From an uncultured Mycoplasmatota bacterium (GTDB lineage Bacteria > Bacillota_I > Bacilli_A > RF39 > UBA660), in the NCBI GenBank assembly GCA_900544605.1, contig UQVP01000002.1, forward strand, positions 13,709 through 77,708: a DNA stretch of 64,000 nt. The letters are read 5' to 3'. The notes beneath the pieces are model-generated. The model saw only the letters and a program-made list of their open reading frames with translations, did not search any database and was not told the origin of the DNA. Position numbers and translations under genes: made by a program. This document shows, in pieces, positions 38,128-48,060 of the stretch; position 1 is the stretch's first letter; each line of letters opens with the position of its first letter.

Positions 38128-38198
38128 AGGCAAACACTTGCCTTTTTCTTTTTTATCTACTATAATAAGCAATATTATTTTTGAAAGAGGGCCTGATT

Positions 38199-38810
38199 AT
38201 GGAAAATAAAGAGAGATTAGAAAAAAATTCTGAGGCAATTATACATTTACAGAGATATATTAGTAGCCAACGTATGAAGATTAAAAACCTTGAAGAGGTT
38301 GATAAGGAATTTATTGAGAAACATATTAAAAGTTTAGAAATTTTAAAAAGCAGTATAGAAAAAGCTCCAGCTTTTAAGCAACAACTAATAAAAAAGATGA
38401 TTATTTATGTAATTATTTCAGTTGTTCCAATCTTATTTTCAGGGATAGCTCTTTTTTTCACGCCTTCAGCATTATTAACCATTCTTATGACTTTAAATAT
38501 TTTTTTAGCTAATTATAATATTATTTCTGATTTGAAAAAAATAATTCATTTAAATAGCATGATTAAAAATTATGATGTTAATAAAATAGATGATTCTATA
38601 AGAATGTGTGAAGCATTATTAGAAAATGTAAATGCTACAATTAAAGAATTAGAAAAAGAGGTAGAAAGTAGTAAAAAATGCGTTAATGATATTCTTTTAG
38701 AATCAAAGAATATAAGGATAGCTGAAAATCAAAAAGCAAATTTAGAAGAAAGAACAGATTTAGAAGATGAATTAGAAAAAGGAACACAGTTTACTAAAAA
38801 AATAAAATAA
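38199..38810 (+). CDS. Hypothetical coiled-coil protein with central TM hairpin
   Basis: ATG 38199 follows an AAGAGGG ribosome-binding site. Two central hydrophobic helices are flanked by charged, heptad-like segments. Confidence 0.45.
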   Translation: MENKERLEKNSEAIIHLQRYISSQRMKIKNLEEVDKEFIEKHIKSLEILKSSIEKAPAFKQQLIKKMIIYVIISVVPILFSGIALFFTPSALLTILMTLNIFLANYNIISDLKKIIHLNSMIKNYDVNKIDDSIRMCEALLENVNATIKELEKEVESSKKCVNDILLESKNIRIAENQKANLEERTDLEDELEKGTQFTKKIK

Positions 38811-38874
38811 TAAATTTAATAAAAAGAGATAGGTAATTCTCTTTTTTTGTGATAGAATGATTATAGGTGGTTTT

Positions 38875-39282
38875 ATGGAACAATTAAATAGAAGTGAATT
38901 AAGAAAAAAAATTATGACTATTTTATATCAAATTAATATATATGAAAAAAATAAAATTAAATTTGATGTTGATAGTGTTATAAAAGAAGTATGTGAAATA
39001 GATAATGAATTTGTTAAAGATATGGTTTATGGAGTTATTACTTACAAAAACGATATTGATGAACTTGCTAATAAATATTTAAATAATTGGACAATAGATC
39101 GTTTAGGTAATACTGATCAAGCTATTCTTAGAATGGGAATCTATGAACTTGTTTATACTGATACACCAGAAGTAGTTGCTATTAATGAGGCTATTGAACT
39201 TGCCAAATTATATAGTGATGATGATGTTAAAAATATGATTAATGGGGTTATGGATAAGATATATCATAGTAAGAAGGATTAG
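38875..39282 (+). CDS. nusB: Transcription antitermination factor NusB
   Basis: RSELRKKIMTILYQ...DRLGNTDQAILRMGIYEL...EAIELAK, about 135 aa. Confidence 0.88.
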   Translation: MEQLNRSELRKKIMTILYQINIYEKNKIKFDVDSVIKEVCEIDNEFVKDMVYGVITYKNDIDELANKYLNNWTIDRLGNTDQAILRMGIYELVYTDTPEVVAINEAIELAKLYSDDDVKNMINGVMDKIYHSKKD

Positions 39283-39283
39283 T

Positions 39284-40570
39284 ATGAATAATAATGATAA
39301 ATATTTAACAATTACTGCTATTACGAGATATTTAAAATATAAATTAGACTCTGATGAGCATTTAAAATGTGTTTTTCTAAAAGGTGAAATATCTAACTTT
39401 AAAGCTCATACAACAGGTCATTTATATTTTTCTTTAAAAGATGAAACTAGTAAAATAAATGCGATTATGTTTTCAAGAAGTGCAACTAAATTAAATTTTC
39501 ATCCTAAAGATGGTGATAAAGTATTAGTGGTTGGTAGAATTAGTGTTTATGAAGCTACAGGTAATTATCAAATATATGTAGATGAAATGCTTGAAGATGG
39601 AGTAGGTAATTTATATGTTGCTTTTGAAAAACTAAAACAAGATTTAGCTAAAGAAGGCTTGTTTGATGAAGCAAAAAAGAAGAAATTACCTAAAATACCA
39701 ACTCGTATTGGAATTGTAACAGCACCAACTGGTGCGGCTATTAAAGATATTATTTCAACAATTAGAAGAAGATTTCCTTTGTGTGAAACAATTCTTTTTC
39801 CAAGTTTAGTACAAGGAGAAAATGCTGCTCCTGATATTGTAAAAAATATAAAACTAGCTAATACTTATGATTTAGATGTTTTAATTGTTGGTCGTGGTGG
39901 TGGATCTATTGAAGACTTATGGCCATTTAATGAAGAAATTGTTGCCCGTGCTATATATGAATCAAGAATTCCTATTATAAGTGCTGTAGGACACGAAGTT
40001 GATTTTACGATTGCTGATTATGTGGCGGATCTTCGTGCTCCAACACCAACTGGCGCAGCTGAAATTGCCGTTCCTAATATAGTTGATGTTAAGAAACATT
40101 TAGAACAATTAAAAATAAGAGCTAACGAAAATATATACAAACAAGTAAATTATAATAAATTATTATTAGATTCTGTAAAGAATTCATTTGTGATAAAAAA
40201 TCCTATGATTATGTATGAAAATAAAAAACAAAATCTTGATATGATAATAGAACGAATCAAAAATATAATTACTAGCAAATTAGATGAAAATAAACATAAA
40301 TTTAATATTTTAAAATCTAATTATCTTTTAAACAATCCATTAGAATTATATAAAAATAAACAAATAAAATTAGACAATATTATAGATAAACTTAATTTAG
40401 TTAATCCTTTAAATACTTTAAAAAGAGGTTATACTTTAACATATAAGGATAATAATATTATTAAAAATATTGATAATTTAAAAATAAATGATAAAATAAC
40501 AACACGTTTAGAAAGTGCAATTATAGAATCAGAAATAACTAATATTATGGAGGTACAAAGTGGAAAATAA
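39284..40570 (+). CDS. xseA: Exodeoxyribonuclease VII large subunit
   Basis: ITRYLKYKLD...GEISNFK.HTTGHLYFSLKD, GIVTAPTGAAIKD, VGRGGGSIEDLW, and GHEVDFTIADYVAD. Confidence 0.9.
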   Translation: MNNNDKYLTITAITRYLKYKLDSDEHLKCVFLKGEISNFKAHTTGHLYFSLKDETSKINAIMFSRSATKLNFHPKDGDKVLVVGRISVYEATGNYQIYVDEMLEDGVGNLYVAFEKLKQDLAKEGLFDEAKKKKLPKIPTRIGIVTAPTGAAIKDIISTIRRRFPLCETILFPSLVQGENAAPDIVKNIKLANTYDLDVLIVGRGGGSIEDLWPFNEEIVARAIYESRIPIISAVGHEVDFTIADYVADLRAPTPTGAAEIAVPNIVDVKKHLEQLKIRANENIYKQVNYNKLLLDSVKNSFVIKNPMIMYENKKQNLDMIIERIKNIITSKLDENKHKFNILKSNYLLNNPLELYKNKQIKLDNIIDKLNLVNPLNTLKRGYTLTYKDNNIIKNIDNLKINDKITTRLESAIIESEITNIMEVQSGK

Positions 40571-40784
40571 AGAAAAGAAATTTGAAGATAAGATTAAAGA
40601 ATTAGAAACAATTATTAATGAACTAGAAAGTGGAAACATTGATTTAGAAGAATCAATTAATAAATATACAGAGGCCATGAAACTAGTAAAAGAATGTGAT
40701 GATAAGTTAAAAAATATTGAAAAACAAGTAAGTAAGATTGTTATGGAAAATGGCGAAGAAAAAGATTTTGAAATAGATGAATAG
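40560..40784 (+). CDS. xseB: Exodeoxyribonuclease VII small subunit
   Basis: 74 aa; FEDKIKELETIINELESGNIDLEESI..Y. GTG start with a GGAGGT ribosome-binding site, overlapping the end of xseA. Confidence 0.85.
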   Translation: MENKEKKFEDKIKELETIINELESGNIDLEESINKYTEAMKLVKECDDKLKNIEKQVSKIVMENGEEKDFEIDE

Positions 40785-40839
40785 AAAAGATAATTATTAC
40801 TAAATAGAAGTTAAGTACCATAGTGGTACTTTTTTCATA

Positions 40840-40869
40840 TTGTCACTAACTAGTCACTTACGTTATAAT
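40840..40869 (+). promoter_or_regulatory. Promoter with GTCACT-N5-GTCACT direct repeat (candidate OmpR-family response-regulator site)
   Basis: TTGTCA 40840-45, an 18-nt spacer, then TATAAT 40864-69. GTCACT at 40842-47 and 40853-58 gives an 11-bp period. Confidence 0.4.
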
Positions 40870-40896
40870 ATAATTAATCTGTAAAGGAGATGTTTT

Positions 40897-41568
40897 ATGG
40901 AAATATTAAGAGTAGAAAATTTAACTAAAATATATGGAAAAGGAACTACTAAAGTTGTAGCTTTAGATGATGTTTCTTTTAAAGTAGATAAAGGAGAGTT
41001 TGTTGCGATAGTAGGAGCTAGTGGTTCTGGAAAGTCCACACTTCTTCATCTTATTGGGGGAGTTGATAGACCTACTAAGGGAAAAGTATATATTGATGGT
41101 AATGATATATATGATTTAGATGATGATAAACTAGCTATATTTAGAAGAAGACAAATAGGGCTTATATATCAATTTTATAATCTAATACCAATTTTAAACG
41201 TAGAAGAAAATATTACTTTACCTTTAGAACTTGATCATCAAAAGGTAGATGTTTTAGAACTTAAAAATTTACTTAAGACTTTAGGACTTGAAAATAGAAA
41301 AAATCATTTACCTAATGAGCTTTCGGGAGGGCAACAACAAAGAACTTCGATAGGAAGAGCACTTATTACTAATCCTGCGATTATTTTAGCGGATGAACCT
41401 ACTGGTAACTTAGATTCAAAGGCAAGTGATGAAATAGTTGATTTGTTAAAAAAATCAAATAGAGACTATAATCAAACAATAATTATGATTACACACAATT
41501 TAGAAATAGCAAAGAGTGCAGATAGAATTATAAAATTAGAAGATGGGAAAATAGTTAAGGAGGTGTAG
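40897..41568 (+). CDS. ABC transporter ATP-binding protein (MacB/BceA-like)
   Basis: Walker A GASGSGKST, Q-loop, signature LSGGQQQR, and Walker B ILADEPTGNLD. Confidence 0.9.
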   Translation: MEILRVENLTKIYGKGTTKVVALDDVSFKVDKGEFVAIVGASGSGKSTLLHLIGGVDRPTKGKVYIDGNDIYDLDDDKLAIFRRRQIGLIYQFYNLIPILNVEENITLPLELDHQKVDVLELKNLLKTLGLENRKNHLPNELSGGQQQRTSIGRALITNPAIILADEPTGNLDSKASDEIVDLLKKSNRDYNQTIIMITHNLEIAKSADRIIKLEDGKIVKEV

Positions 41569-41569
41569 T

Positions 41570-44209
41570 ATGAATATTCTTAACCGTTTAACCCAAAAAA
41601 ATTTAAAACTAAATAAAAAAAGAACAATTGTTACTATTGTAGGAATTATTCTTTCAGTTGCACTTATTACCGCGCTTTCTAGTTTAGTTGTAAGTTTTAG
41701 AAAGAGTTTAGTTTACTTTGAAAAGATGTTACGTGGTAATTTTCATTATGGATACTTAAATGTTTCCTATGATGATTTAAAATATTTTAAAAATAATCCT
41801 AATATTGAATCGTATTATGTAACTGGCAATATTGGATATGCCGAGTTAAAAGAAAGTCAAAATAAGTCTAAACCATATATATTTGTATTAGGAATGAATG
41901 ATTATGCTTTAAAAAATAGTGGTTTAGAACTTATTGATGGTAAATTACCAGAAAATGAAGGAGAAATAGTTATTCCAAATCACTTAAGAACCAATGGACG
42001 TGTTAAAAACTATAATATTGGGGATACCATTAAATTAACAATTGGAAAAAGAATGTTTGATGGAAGAGAATTAGATCAAAATACTATGTATTATGGTAGT
42101 GATGATTTCAACAAGGATGCTGAAGTGTTTGAACCTTCTTTCGAAAGGGAATATAAAATTGTAGGAATTGTTGAAAGACCAAGTTATAATATTGAACCTT
42201 ATTCAACCCCTGGTTTTACTTTTATTACATATCTAAAGGATAGTAATGTTAGTTCATATAATGTTTATACAAGATATACAAAAAATGGAATAAAAAACCA
42301 ATATAAAGTGACTGCTAATATATTAGGAATAGATGAAAATTTATTTGTTAAAACTAAGGGTGGTAGTGAACCAATTGATGAAGAAACGTTTGATAAGCTT
42401 AGAGACGAACTAGAAAAAGCTAAGTATGAAATGACAACAAATGATTATTTAGTAAGTTTAGAATATTTAACTACTGGTGATAATACTCTTAATTTCTTGT
42501 ATACAGTTGCAGGAATAGTAACAATTATTATAATAGTTACTTCTGTTTATTGTATTAAGAATAGTTTTGATATATCAATTACTGAAAAAACAAAACAATA
42601 TGGAATGTTAAGAAGTGTTGGAGCAATTAGTAAGCAAATAAAGAGAAATGTTTTATATGAAGCATTTATATTAGGTATTATAGGTATTCCTATAGGTATT
42701 TTAAGTGGAATTCTAGCTGCATTCATCTTAATTCAAGTATCTAATCATTTACTTGGTGCTACTATACAAATAAGACTTATATTTTCAATTTCTTTTATAT
42801 CTATTGTTATATCTATTTTACTAAGTATATTAACTATTTATCTTTCAGCACGTAAAAGCGCTAGGAGAGCATCTAAAATATCACCTATAACAGCTATTAG
42901 AAACAGTGGTGATATAAAGATTAAATCAAAAAAATTAAGAACACCAAAATTAATCAAAAACATATTTGGTATAGGTGGAGTAGTTTCTTATAAAAATTTG
43001 AAAAGAAGCCGTAAAAAATATCGTACTACTATTATATCTATTATAATTTGTGTCTCTGTTTTTATTGCTTTATATTCTTTTGTTAATTTAGCTTTCCGCT
43101 TCATTAAAGTAGAAATGGGGGAAATTAGTTACAATATAAATGTTAATATGTCTTTAACTAATGATAAAGAAAAATATATAACTGAAATAGTAGAATTAGA
43201 TAATATTAAAAGATATTCAGTAAACAAATATTATAATTTCTATATAGATAAATCTTATATAAATGAAGACTATAAAAGTTTCGCTAATACATATAAAGAT
43301 CAAGCTTTTATAAGTCTGATATCTGTAAGTGACTCCGAATATAGAAGTTATCTAAAAAAACTAAATTTAAGCTATAATGATGCAAAAGATAAAGGAATTC
43401 TTATTAATAATAGTATTATAAACACTTATGAAAATGAAGAACAAAAGAAAATAGAAACAAATATGCTAAATGTAAAAGAGAATGATAATTTAAAAGGAAA
43501 CATAATTATATATACCGATAAAAAGGATGATAAAAATGATGATAAAAAGGTTTCACAAAATATAGATATTGTTAAGACAACTGATATAAGACCTTTTGGA
43601 TTAGAAAATGTATATATGTATCCTATTATCATTGTAAATGAAAATTATATAAAGGATATTGATGCTAATTCGGTAGATATATTTATTGATTCAAGCAATC
43701 CAGATAAACTTCAAGATGAAATAGACAAGTTATTATCAACAGAGGAATATAATCTAAATAATATAGCTAAAAGTGCTAGAGAAATGAATTCACTTTACAC
43801 ATTAATTGCTATTTTCTTATATGGATTTATAGCTGTTATTGCTCTTATTGGGATAACAAACATCTTTAATACAATTACAACTAATATGGAACTTAGAAGC
43901 AGAGAATTTGCTACCTTAAAGAGCGTGGGAATGACAAAAAAAGAGTTTAATCGTATGATTCGCTTGGAAAGCTTCTTCTACGGAATGAAGTCACTACTAA
44001 TTGGTCTTCCTATAGGTATATTCTTATCTTATTTGATATTTAAAGCACTTACATCTGGATCTTTAGTAATTAAATATCAATTGCCTTGGGGAGGAATAAT
44101 CATTAGTGTACTTGCTGTATTGATCTTAATTTTCTTTATTATGAGATATTCAATTAATAAAATTAATAAACAAAACGTAATAGAAACAATAAGAAATGAA
44201 AACATTTAA
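41570..44209 (+). CDS. FtsX-family ABC permease (BceB-like, 10 TM with large extracellular domains)
   Basis: 879 aa with two FtsX-like 4-helix modules (QYGMLRSVGA, EFATLKSVGM) separated by large loops. Confidence 0.85.
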   Translation: MNILNRLTQKNLKLNKKRTIVTIVGIILSVALITALSSLVVSFRKSLVYFEKMLRGNFHYGYLNVSYDDLKYFKNNPNIESYYVTGNIGYAELKESQNKSKPYIFVLGMNDYALKNSGLELIDGKLPENEGEIVIPNHLRTNGRVKNYNIGDTIKLTIGKRMFDGRELDQNTMYYGSDDFNKDAEVFEPSFEREYKIVGIVERPSYNIEPYSTPGFTFITYLKDSNVSSYNVYTRYTKNGIKNQYKVTANILGIDENLFVKTKGGSEPIDEETFDKLRDELEKAKYEMTTNDYLVSLEYLTTGDNTLNFLYTVAGIVTIIIIVTSVYCIKNSFDISITEKTKQYGMLRSVGAISKQIKRNVLYEAFILGIIGIPIGILSGILAAFILIQVSNHLLGATIQIRLIFSISFISIVISILLSILTIYLSARKSARRASKISPITAIRNSGDIKIKSKKLRTPKLIKNIFGIGGVVSYKNLKRSRKKYRTTIISIIICVSVFIALYSFVNLAFRFIKVEMGEISYNINVNMSLTNDKEKYITEIVELDNIKRYSVNKYYNFYIDKSYINEDYKSFANTYKDQAFISLISVSDSEYRSYLKKLNLSYNDAKDKGILINNSIINTYENEEQKKIETNMLNVKENDNLKGNIIIYTDKKDDKNDDKKVSQNIDIVKTTDIRPFGLENVYMYPIIIVNENYIKDIDANSVDIFIDSSNPDKLQDEIDKLLSTEEYNLNNIAKSAREMNSLYTLIAIFLYGFIAVIALIGITNIFNTITTNMELRSREFATLKSVGMTKKEFNRMIRLESFFYGMKSLLIGLPIGIFLSYLIFKALTSGSLVIKYQLPWGGIIISVLAVLILIFFIMRYSINKINKQNVIETIRNENI

Positions 44210-44256
44210 AAAGGGATTTATCCCTTTTTATGTTATAATTTAAGTAGGTGATAAAA

Positions 44257-44913
44257 ATGAATATATTACTAATTGAAGATAACGAAAGTATTATAAAAGG
44301 TTTAGAATATGCTTTTAAACAAAATAATTTTAATTTAGTATATAAAAGTGATTTAAAAAGTGCTAAAGAGTATTTGATAAAAAACAAACCCAATATTATA
44401 ATCTTAGATATATCACTACCAGATGGTAATGGATATATATTTTATAAAAACAATATTAAAGAAAAGAAAATACCAACTATTTTTTTAACTGCTAATGATG
44501 ATGAAGATAATATTGTTAATTGTTTGGAAGATGGAGCAGAAGATTATATTACAAAACCATTTTCAACTAGAGAATTAGTTGCTCGTATTAACAGAATACT
44601 TTCTAAAAATAAAAGTAATAATATAATTAACGTTAAAGATATAACATTTGATTTAGATAAAATGGAAGTTTATAAAAATAATGATAAAATTAATCTGACA
44701 AGTTTAGAGCTTAAAATTTTAAGTTTACTTTTTGAAAATATTAATAAAGTAATTACTAGGAATTATATAATAGAAAATATTTGGAAATGGACTGGTAATG
44801 ATGTAAATGACAATACTGTTACTGTTTATTTAAAACGAATTAGAGAAAAATTAGATTCTGATATTATTATTACTCTAAAAGGAATTGGATATAGGATTGA
44901 TGAACATGAATAA
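44257..44913 (+). CDS. OmpR-family response regulator
   Basis: ILLIEDNE, LDISLPDGNG, KPF, and a winged-helix C-terminus (LTSLELKIL, LKGIGYR). ATG 44257 follows a GTAGGTGA ribosome-binding site. Confidence 0.9.
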   Translation: MNILLIEDNESIIKGLEYAFKQNNFNLVYKSDLKSAKEYLIKNKPNIIILDISLPDGNGYIFYKNNIKEKKIPTIFLTANDDEDNIVNCLEDGAEDYITKPFSTRELVARINRILSKNKSNNIINVKDITFDLDKMEVYKNNDKINLTSLELKILSLLFENINKVITRNYIIENIWKWTGNDVNDNTVTVYLKRIREKLDSDIIITLKGIGYRIDEHE

Positions 44914-46117
44914 TAAAGTATATTTAAAAAAATATTTAAGACTAATTATCATTTTAAGTATTATATCAATTATTAGTTTTACGATAATATCTGGGATACA
45001 ATATAAGAAATATAAAGATAATTTTAATAATAAAATTAATGGTATTATGAACTTGGTTTTAGATAAAAATCCCGATATAACTAAAGATGAACTATTTGAT
45101 ATATTAATTTCAGAAGATAAGTATGATAATATGCTAAAAGAATATGGTTATGATTTAAATAACAATGACCTAATTAAAGAAAATGAATTAACTTTTAAGC
45201 ATCAATTAGTGTTTAATATAATTGTTCTTATTATAACATGGTTAATAATAATTATAATATTTTATTTATATGATCATAATAAAGAAAAGAAAATTAGAAA
45301 AATAACCGAATATATAAAAGAAATAAATAAACGTAATTATAAAATAGATATTGATGATAATAATGAAGATGAATTATCTATTTTAAAAAATGAGCTTTAT
45401 AAAACAACAGTTATGTTAAGAGAACTTGCCGATAATTCTCTTAATGACAAAAAAGAATTAAAGAAAGCTTTAGAAGATATTTCTCATCAATTAAAAACAC
45501 CTCTTACATCAATTATAATTATGCTTGATAATATCATTGACAATCCTAGTATGGATGATAAAACTAAACTAGATTTTATTAACGATATTAAAAGAGAATC
45601 ATTAAACATAAACTTTTTAGTGCAAGCTATTTTAAAGTTATCAAAATTTGATGTTAATGTTATTAAGTTTGATAATAAAGATAATGATTTAAATAAAATT
45701 GTTAAAGAAACTGTTAAAAATGTCTCTAGCATTTGTGATTTAAAAAATGTTTTAATAGAAGTAAGTTATTGTGATAAAGCAATTATCAATTTTGATTATA
45801 AATGGCAAATAGAAGCAATTAGTAATGTTTTAAAAAATGCGATTGAACATTCAAAAGAATTTAGTACTGTTAAAATAAAACTAGAAAATAATAAATTATA
45901 TGCAAAAGTTTCCATCATTGATAATGGTGTTGGTATTGATAAAGAAGATTTAAAACATATATTTGAAAGATTTTATAAAGGAAAAAATTCCTCTAAAGAT
46001 AGTGTAGGAATTGGTCTTGCACTTGCTAAATCAATTATAGAAGCAAGTAATGGTCTTATTGATGTAAAATCAAAAAAAGATGAAGGTACTATATTTGAAA
46101 TAAAATATTTTAAATAA
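44885..46117 (+). CDS. Sensor histidine kinase
   Basis: Two TM helices, H-box SHQLKTPLT, N box NAIEHS, and G boxes DNGVGI / GIGLALAKS. The start is uncertain (ATG at 44900 or 44906 is also possible). Confidence 0.85.
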   Translation: MDIGLMNMNNKVYLKKYLRLIIILSIISIISFTIISGIQYKKYKDNFNNKINGIMNLVLDKNPDITKDELFDILISEDKYDNMLKEYGYDLNNNDLIKENELTFKHQLVFNIIVLIITWLIIIIIFYLYDHNKEKKIRKITEYIKEINKRNYKIDIDDNNEDELSILKNELYKTTVMLRELADNSLNDKKELKKALEDISHQLKTPLTSIIIMLDNIIDNPSMDDKTKLDFINDIKRESLNINFLVQAILKLSKFDVNVIKFDNKDNDLNKIVKETVKNVSSICDLKNVLIEVSYCDKAIINFDYKWQIEAISNVLKNAIEHSKEFSTVKIKLENNKLYAKVSIIDNGVGIDKEDLKHIFERFYKGKNSSKDSVGIGLALAKSIIEASNGLIDVKSKKDEGTIFEIKYFK

Positions 46118-46202
46118 TAGTATTGACAAAAGTGATATTTTTATATATATTTAAAGAGACGTTTTGCAAAGAATCTACAATTTAATAATTACAACAGAGT
46201 AT

Positions 46203-46229
46203 CTACATAGAAATATGTGGTTTTTTGCG
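46203..46229 (+). terminator. Leader hairpin plus U-tract (possible attenuator) upstream of the ABC-2 operon
   Basis: CTACATA-GAAA-TATGTGG followed by TTTTTT. It lies about 50 nt before the start codon and inside a ~110-nt leader downstream of TTGACA-N17-TATATT (46125-46153). Confidence 0.4.
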
Positions 46230-46277
46230 TTATATGAAAACATTTGTTGATTCTTTGCGTGGAGAGGAGTTGATAAA

Positions 46278-47258
46278 ATGTCATTCATCACGGTTAGGCA
46301 CATAAACAAAACTTTTAAGGTGCCTATAAAATCAGAGGGAAAATTTAGTACTCTGAGAGACTTCTTTAATAGAAAGTATAGATATATTAAAGCTATTGAT
46401 GATATATCATTTTCTATTAAAAAAGGAGAAATAGTTGGATATATCGGTCCAAATGGAGCTGGTAAAAGTACAACTATTAAGATTCTTTCGGGAATATTAG
46501 TTCCGGATAGCGGTAACGTAATAATAGATAAAAAAGTTCCGTGGACTAATAGAAAAGAATACGTCTCTGAAATTGGTGTAGTGTTTGGGCAGCGTAGTCA
46601 ATTATGGTGGGATATTCCGGCTATAGATTCATTTAATCTTTTGAAAGATATTTATAAGCTTGATGATAAAGAGTATAAAAAAACATTAAATGAATTAATT
46701 GCTTTGTTAAATCTTAAAGATATTATAAATGTTCCAGTTCGACAATTAAGTTTAGGCTCAAGAATGAGATGTGAAATAGCCGCATCACTTCTTCATAAAC
46801 CTAAAATTTTATTTCTTGATGAACCAACGATAGGTTTAGATGCAGTTTCTAAAAAGATTGTTCGTGAATTTATTAAAAAGATTAACAAAAAAGATAAAGT
46901 AACTATCATTTTAACTACACACGATATGAGTGATATTGAAGCTCTAGCTAAAAGAATTATTTTAATAGGGAAAGGAAAAGTTTTATATGATGGGACTTTA
47001 TCTAAACTAAAGAAAGAATATGATTATTTAAGAAAAATTAAAATAGATACCAAAGATAAAATAAGTGTAGATGAAGACTATGTAGTTTCACAAACTAATA
47101 CTAAAGATAGTATAGAATTTGTTATAGATATCAGAAAGACAGAAATTAGTAGTTTTATAAACTTAATCTCATCCAAAATATCAATTATTGATATAGATGT
47201 TGATAGTGGAAATATTGATGAACTAATCGTTAGATTGTATGAGGATTTTAAAATATGA
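46278..47258 (+). CDS. ABC transporter ATP-binding protein (ABC-2 type, with C-terminal domain)
   Basis: Walker A GPNGAGKST, signature LSLGSRMR, and Walker B LFLDEPTIGLD. Confidence 0.85.
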   Translation: MSFITVRHINKTFKVPIKSEGKFSTLRDFFNRKYRYIKAIDDISFSIKKGEIVGYIGPNGAGKSTTIKILSGILVPDSGNVIIDKKVPWTNRKEYVSEIGVVFGQRSQLWWDIPAIDSFNLLKDIYKLDDKEYKKTLNELIALLNLKDIINVPVRQLSLGSRMRCEIAASLLHKPKILFLDEPTIGLDAVSKKIVREFIKKINKKDKVTIILTTHDMSDIEALAKRIILIGKGKVLYDGTLSKLKKEYDYLRKIKIDTKDKISVDEDYVVSQTNTKDSIEFVIDIRKTEISSFINLISSKISIIDIDVDSGNIDELIVRLYEDFKI

Positions 47259-48058
47259 AATCATATTTATCATATTTTAAGTTAAAATTCACCACAGGAC
47301 TTCAATATCGAGCTGCTGCACTTGCGGGTATGGCAACACAATTATTCTTTGGTTTTGCTTTCATTTCTGTTTATATAGCTTGTTATAATTCTGGGAATAA
47401 TAATCTTCCTATGGAACTTTCAAAGCTTGTCAGTTATTTATGGTTATGTCAGATATTTTTTAGTTTTACATATGTTTTTTATCGTGATAAAGAGATAATT
47501 AATATGATTATATCTGGAAACATATCATATGAACTATGTAGACCCCAAGATTTATATTTTATGTGGTGGGCTAGAATGTATGGTGATCGTCTTTCTAAAG
47601 TAGTTCTTCGCTTTTTACCTATTTTATGTATTGCACTTATACTACCAAACCCTTACAATTTAAATTTAGAAATTAGTTTATATCGCTTTTTAATTTTTAT
47701 CATTATTTTTATTCTTTCAAGTATTTTAATTACATCATTGTCAGTTTTATATCATGTTATATGTATATTTACTTTAGATGATAGAGGAATTATTAACATA
47801 TTTATGGTTATTGCCGATATATTGTCAGGATCTTTTGTTCCAGTTCCTTTCTTTCCAACATTTATTCAAAAAATAAATAATTATCTTCCGTTTAGGTATA
47901 TTAGTGATTTCCCATTTAGATTTTATGTAGGAGATATTAATTTTAATGAATGTTATATTAGTATAATAGTTCAAATTATTTGGATATTTATACTTATGAT
48001 AACAGGAAAAATACTTATGAAAAAAGCTTTAAAGAAAGCTGTTATACAAGGAGGATAA
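47255..48058 (+). CDS. ABC-2 family permease
   Basis: 267 aa with 6 TM helices. Translationally coupled to the ATPase gene. Confidence 0.65.
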   Translation: MKSYLSYFKLKFTTGLQYRAAALAGMATQLFFGFAFISVYIACYNSGNNNLPMELSKLVSYLWLCQIFFSFTYVFYRDKEIINMIISGNISYELCRPQDLYFMWWARMYGDRLSKVVLRFLPILCIALILPNPYNLNLEISLYRFLIFIIIFILSSILITSLSVLYHVICIFTLDDRGIINIFMVIADILSGSFVPVPFFPTFIQKINNYLPFRYISDFPFRFYVGDINFNECYISIIVQIIWIFILMITGKILMKKALKKAVIQGG

Positions 48059-48060
48059 AC

